DNA of 61,018 nucleotides, the filler included. It is 9 parts of 9 records of this genome, joined end to end, with 100 filler letters (N's around TTAATTAATTAA, not from the genome) between each part and the next. Parts side by side here need not be neighbours in the genome. Positions count along the whole stretch, not along the records: positions 56,556 to 61,018 come from SRR7504441_1636; 8 more parts are not named here. The stretch is one strand, 5' to 3'. Below the pieces are notes generated by a model. It was given only the letters and a program-made list of their open reading frames with translations. It was not told the DNA's origin and did no database searches. Below are positions 59,005 to 61,018 of this stretch, piece by piece. Made by a program: the position numbers and the translations under genes. How positions within the stretch are numbered: the first letter of the stretch is position 1; the number at the start of each line of letters is the position of its first letter.

Positions 59005-60671
59005 TCAGCTCCATCCGATCGTGTACTCGCGCCGAGTACAGGCGCATCTCCAGCGTGACCCTCTCGCCCACGTAAGCGCTAAAGTCTGCTCCACTCTTGT
59101 ACTGCACGACCGCGTCGGTGCTGTTCTGAGTGACGCTGATTGCCACGTTAGGACCCAGTGTCGCGCTGCCCCGCAATCCCACCTGCAGCGACGGCACCGA
59201 TCCGGCACCCGCCTTGGCCGTGTACACCGGCATGACGTCCATAGTTACGGTCAGCTGCTTGCCGGAGCAGAGGATCGGGACAGTGGTGACGTTGCCGCTG
59301 CCGCTGAGCGCGGCGTAGCCATCCTTCCGAACTTTGGCGAGTGCGAATGAGCTGTTGCGAGCTCCGGAATGCGGGCCATTACCGCCCATGTAATAGACTC
59401 GCTCGGTGTCATTCACTGTAGTCGGCTGCATCGCCGCGAAGCAGACGTGCGAGTCGAACGCGTTTTGTGGGTCCTGTGCCGAGCTGCCCACTGGCCCGAG
59501 TTCGATGAAGTCACTCCCGTTGATCCCGCCCGCATCGACCCATTCCCAGCCACCCGCCGGACCGTCCAGCGGCGGCACACCATTGTGGCCAGTGCACTGC
59601 GAGAAGCATTTCTCTGGCCTGGCGTCGGTGCAGTTGGGTCCGATCCGGCTGCAGACAACCCGTGGCTCCAGCGGCTGGTTGGCAAACGCCAGGCGGCAGT
59701 GCACTTTGCCTGCACCGAACTTCTTGTAGCTCGGATCAGGCTGGCCATCGATGACCATGACGATGCCCAAGAAGGTGTTGTGCCAGCGCCAGGTCACCTG
59801 CGAGTAGAGCTGGAGCCCCCCCGTCATCGGCAGAGTCACATTCGGGGGCGTGCGTGTGTCAAAGGTCGCCGCGCCCGTTGATTTTGACAGCAGGGCGGCA
59901 CCAGGAGTCGCCGCCATGCTGATCTGCCGGCCGCTCCGTTCGTTGTCCTCGTTTTGGGGATAGAAGTCTATCTCGGTCCGCGTGGTTGCGATCCACCGAT
60001 TGGTCGGATAGTCCCGAAGTATATTGTTGTGGCAGTCATAGGCGTGAGGGAAGGGCCAGGACAGATTGGTGGCGTTGGTCCACCGCAGGCCGTCCGGGCT
60101 GATCGCCAGATTCGTGTTGACTTCGCGCTGCTCCGCACAGTCAGCCGTGCGCTGGCTGCAGATGCTGCACGGCTTGTCCGTCTCGGTGCAAAATGTGCCG
60201 AAGGCCACGTAGCGCTGGCGAGGGTCGGTGGCGTGGTCGTCGCGGAATACGCCCGTTCCTGGGCCGATCATCACGATATTGTTCTGCTTGCTGCCACTCT
60301 TGTTCTTGCCCTCGCCGAAGGTCACCAGCCCGAGAGGCGGCTTACGCCACGCCAGCGTCGGTGCTGTTCGCGTAGAGGATCGCTTGGTTGGCGACCCCAC
60401 AGGTGCCGTACCAGAGCTGCCACGCCTTGTCTCTGCCGTCTGCGGACGGTGGGATGACGTTCGGGTAGCCGTTGTCGATGCGGCTCTCCTGCGGCGTGTC
60501 CTGCACGAAGAGAGGGTTGCCGCTGTGCTTGGTGGTGCGGCCGATCACGCGCTTGACGCCAGCGCCCATCTCGGCGACGATGGAGATCGCGGCGAACTTC
60601 TGCCCCGGCGGGACAGCGGCCGCGCTGTTCATCAGCAGCGCGAGCAGCAGCGCGAGCTGCCTCCCGGACAT
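59005..60671 (-). pseudogene. Secreted beta-propeller glycoside-hydrolase-like gene (bacterial-type) with two 2-nt frameshifts
   Basis: Signal MSGRQLALLLALLMNSAAA; ILYANSTD[G]LAWRKPPLGL broken at 60356; SPDGLRW, YYMGGNGPH, RKDGYAAL; ARV-YTIGWS* broken at 59026. No splice sites explain either break. Confidence 0.65.
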
Positions 60672-60881
60672 CGATTCGAGGATCTTCCGTTATTACGTGC
60701 GGACGTTCAGCCGTACGACCGTAGCGAGTTTACGACATCGGTACGTACGGTGTACGCTAGTAGTGGCATTCAGATTACGAGACATAAACCAGATCACAAG
60801 CAAGGGGTTCCGAATGCACAGACCTGCGGTGCTTCTTTGCACTACGTGTGCGTGTAGCGCTGTCATGCCGCCGCCTGAGTG

Positions 60882-61018
60882 TCACCTCTTCCGCATGATC
60901 AGCAAGTGCTCAGCCGCCGGCCCGTCCCTGTGAACCACTGTCTCGCTCACCAGCTCCATTGCCGCGCCCATCGCCCCCTCGCCCAGCCAAGCGCTCCTCC
61001 GCTCGGCGGTCCATGCCG
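60882..61018 (-). CDS. 3' end of an unidentified gene running off the window
   Basis: GC-rich open frame ending ...ETVVHRDGPAAEHLLIMRKR*. Confidence 0.35.
   Translation of the reverse strand, partial: AWTAERRSAWLGEGAMGAAMELVSETVVHRDGPAAEHLLIMRKR

Noticed and set aside
1-61018. CRISPR arrays, transposases, terminal inverted repeats, rRNA or tRNA genes, introner-like repeated introns
   Set aside because: None were recognised by eye, and the introns do not share sequence with one another. A covariance-model scan was not possible, so small RNAs could have been missed.

Overview
The window is eukaryotic nuclear DNA from a gene-dense protist, not a prokaryote. It consists of nine unrelated contigs joined by eight artificial 100-nt spacers (44 N + TTAATTAATTAA + 44 N), so neighbourhood across spacers carries no meaning. 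Genes contain very short spliceosomal introns (mostly about 35-50 nt) with weak donors. At least eight of them are GC-AG, which fragments the supplied ORF track. After manual splicing I recognise a divergent myosin, DHCR24, a HIG1-family protein, the C-terminus of CENP-H, an OTU deubiquitinase, a GST, a 7TM-TKL kinase, ankyrin proteins, a sulfatase, KIFBP, SANBR/KIAA1841, a MARCH-type E3 ligase, VPS72/YL1 and a polycystin-like channel, plus several coiled-coil proteins. The most unusual items are: (1) an intronless signal peptide + OSBP-like PH + minimal kinase protein with effector-like architecture; (2) a >3,200-aa protein with PAN/apple domains on a ~3,000-residue Lys/Ala/Glu helical stalk; (3) the micro-intron/GC-AG splicing signature; (4) a recurrent intergenic GTAC-TC-GTAC motif; (5) a JAB/MPN+-like protein with a large insert; and (6) a bacterial-like secreted propeller hydrolase with two 2-nt frameshifts. 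I saw no rRNA, tRNA, CRISPR array or mobile element. All family calls come from motif recognition by eye, not from database searches.
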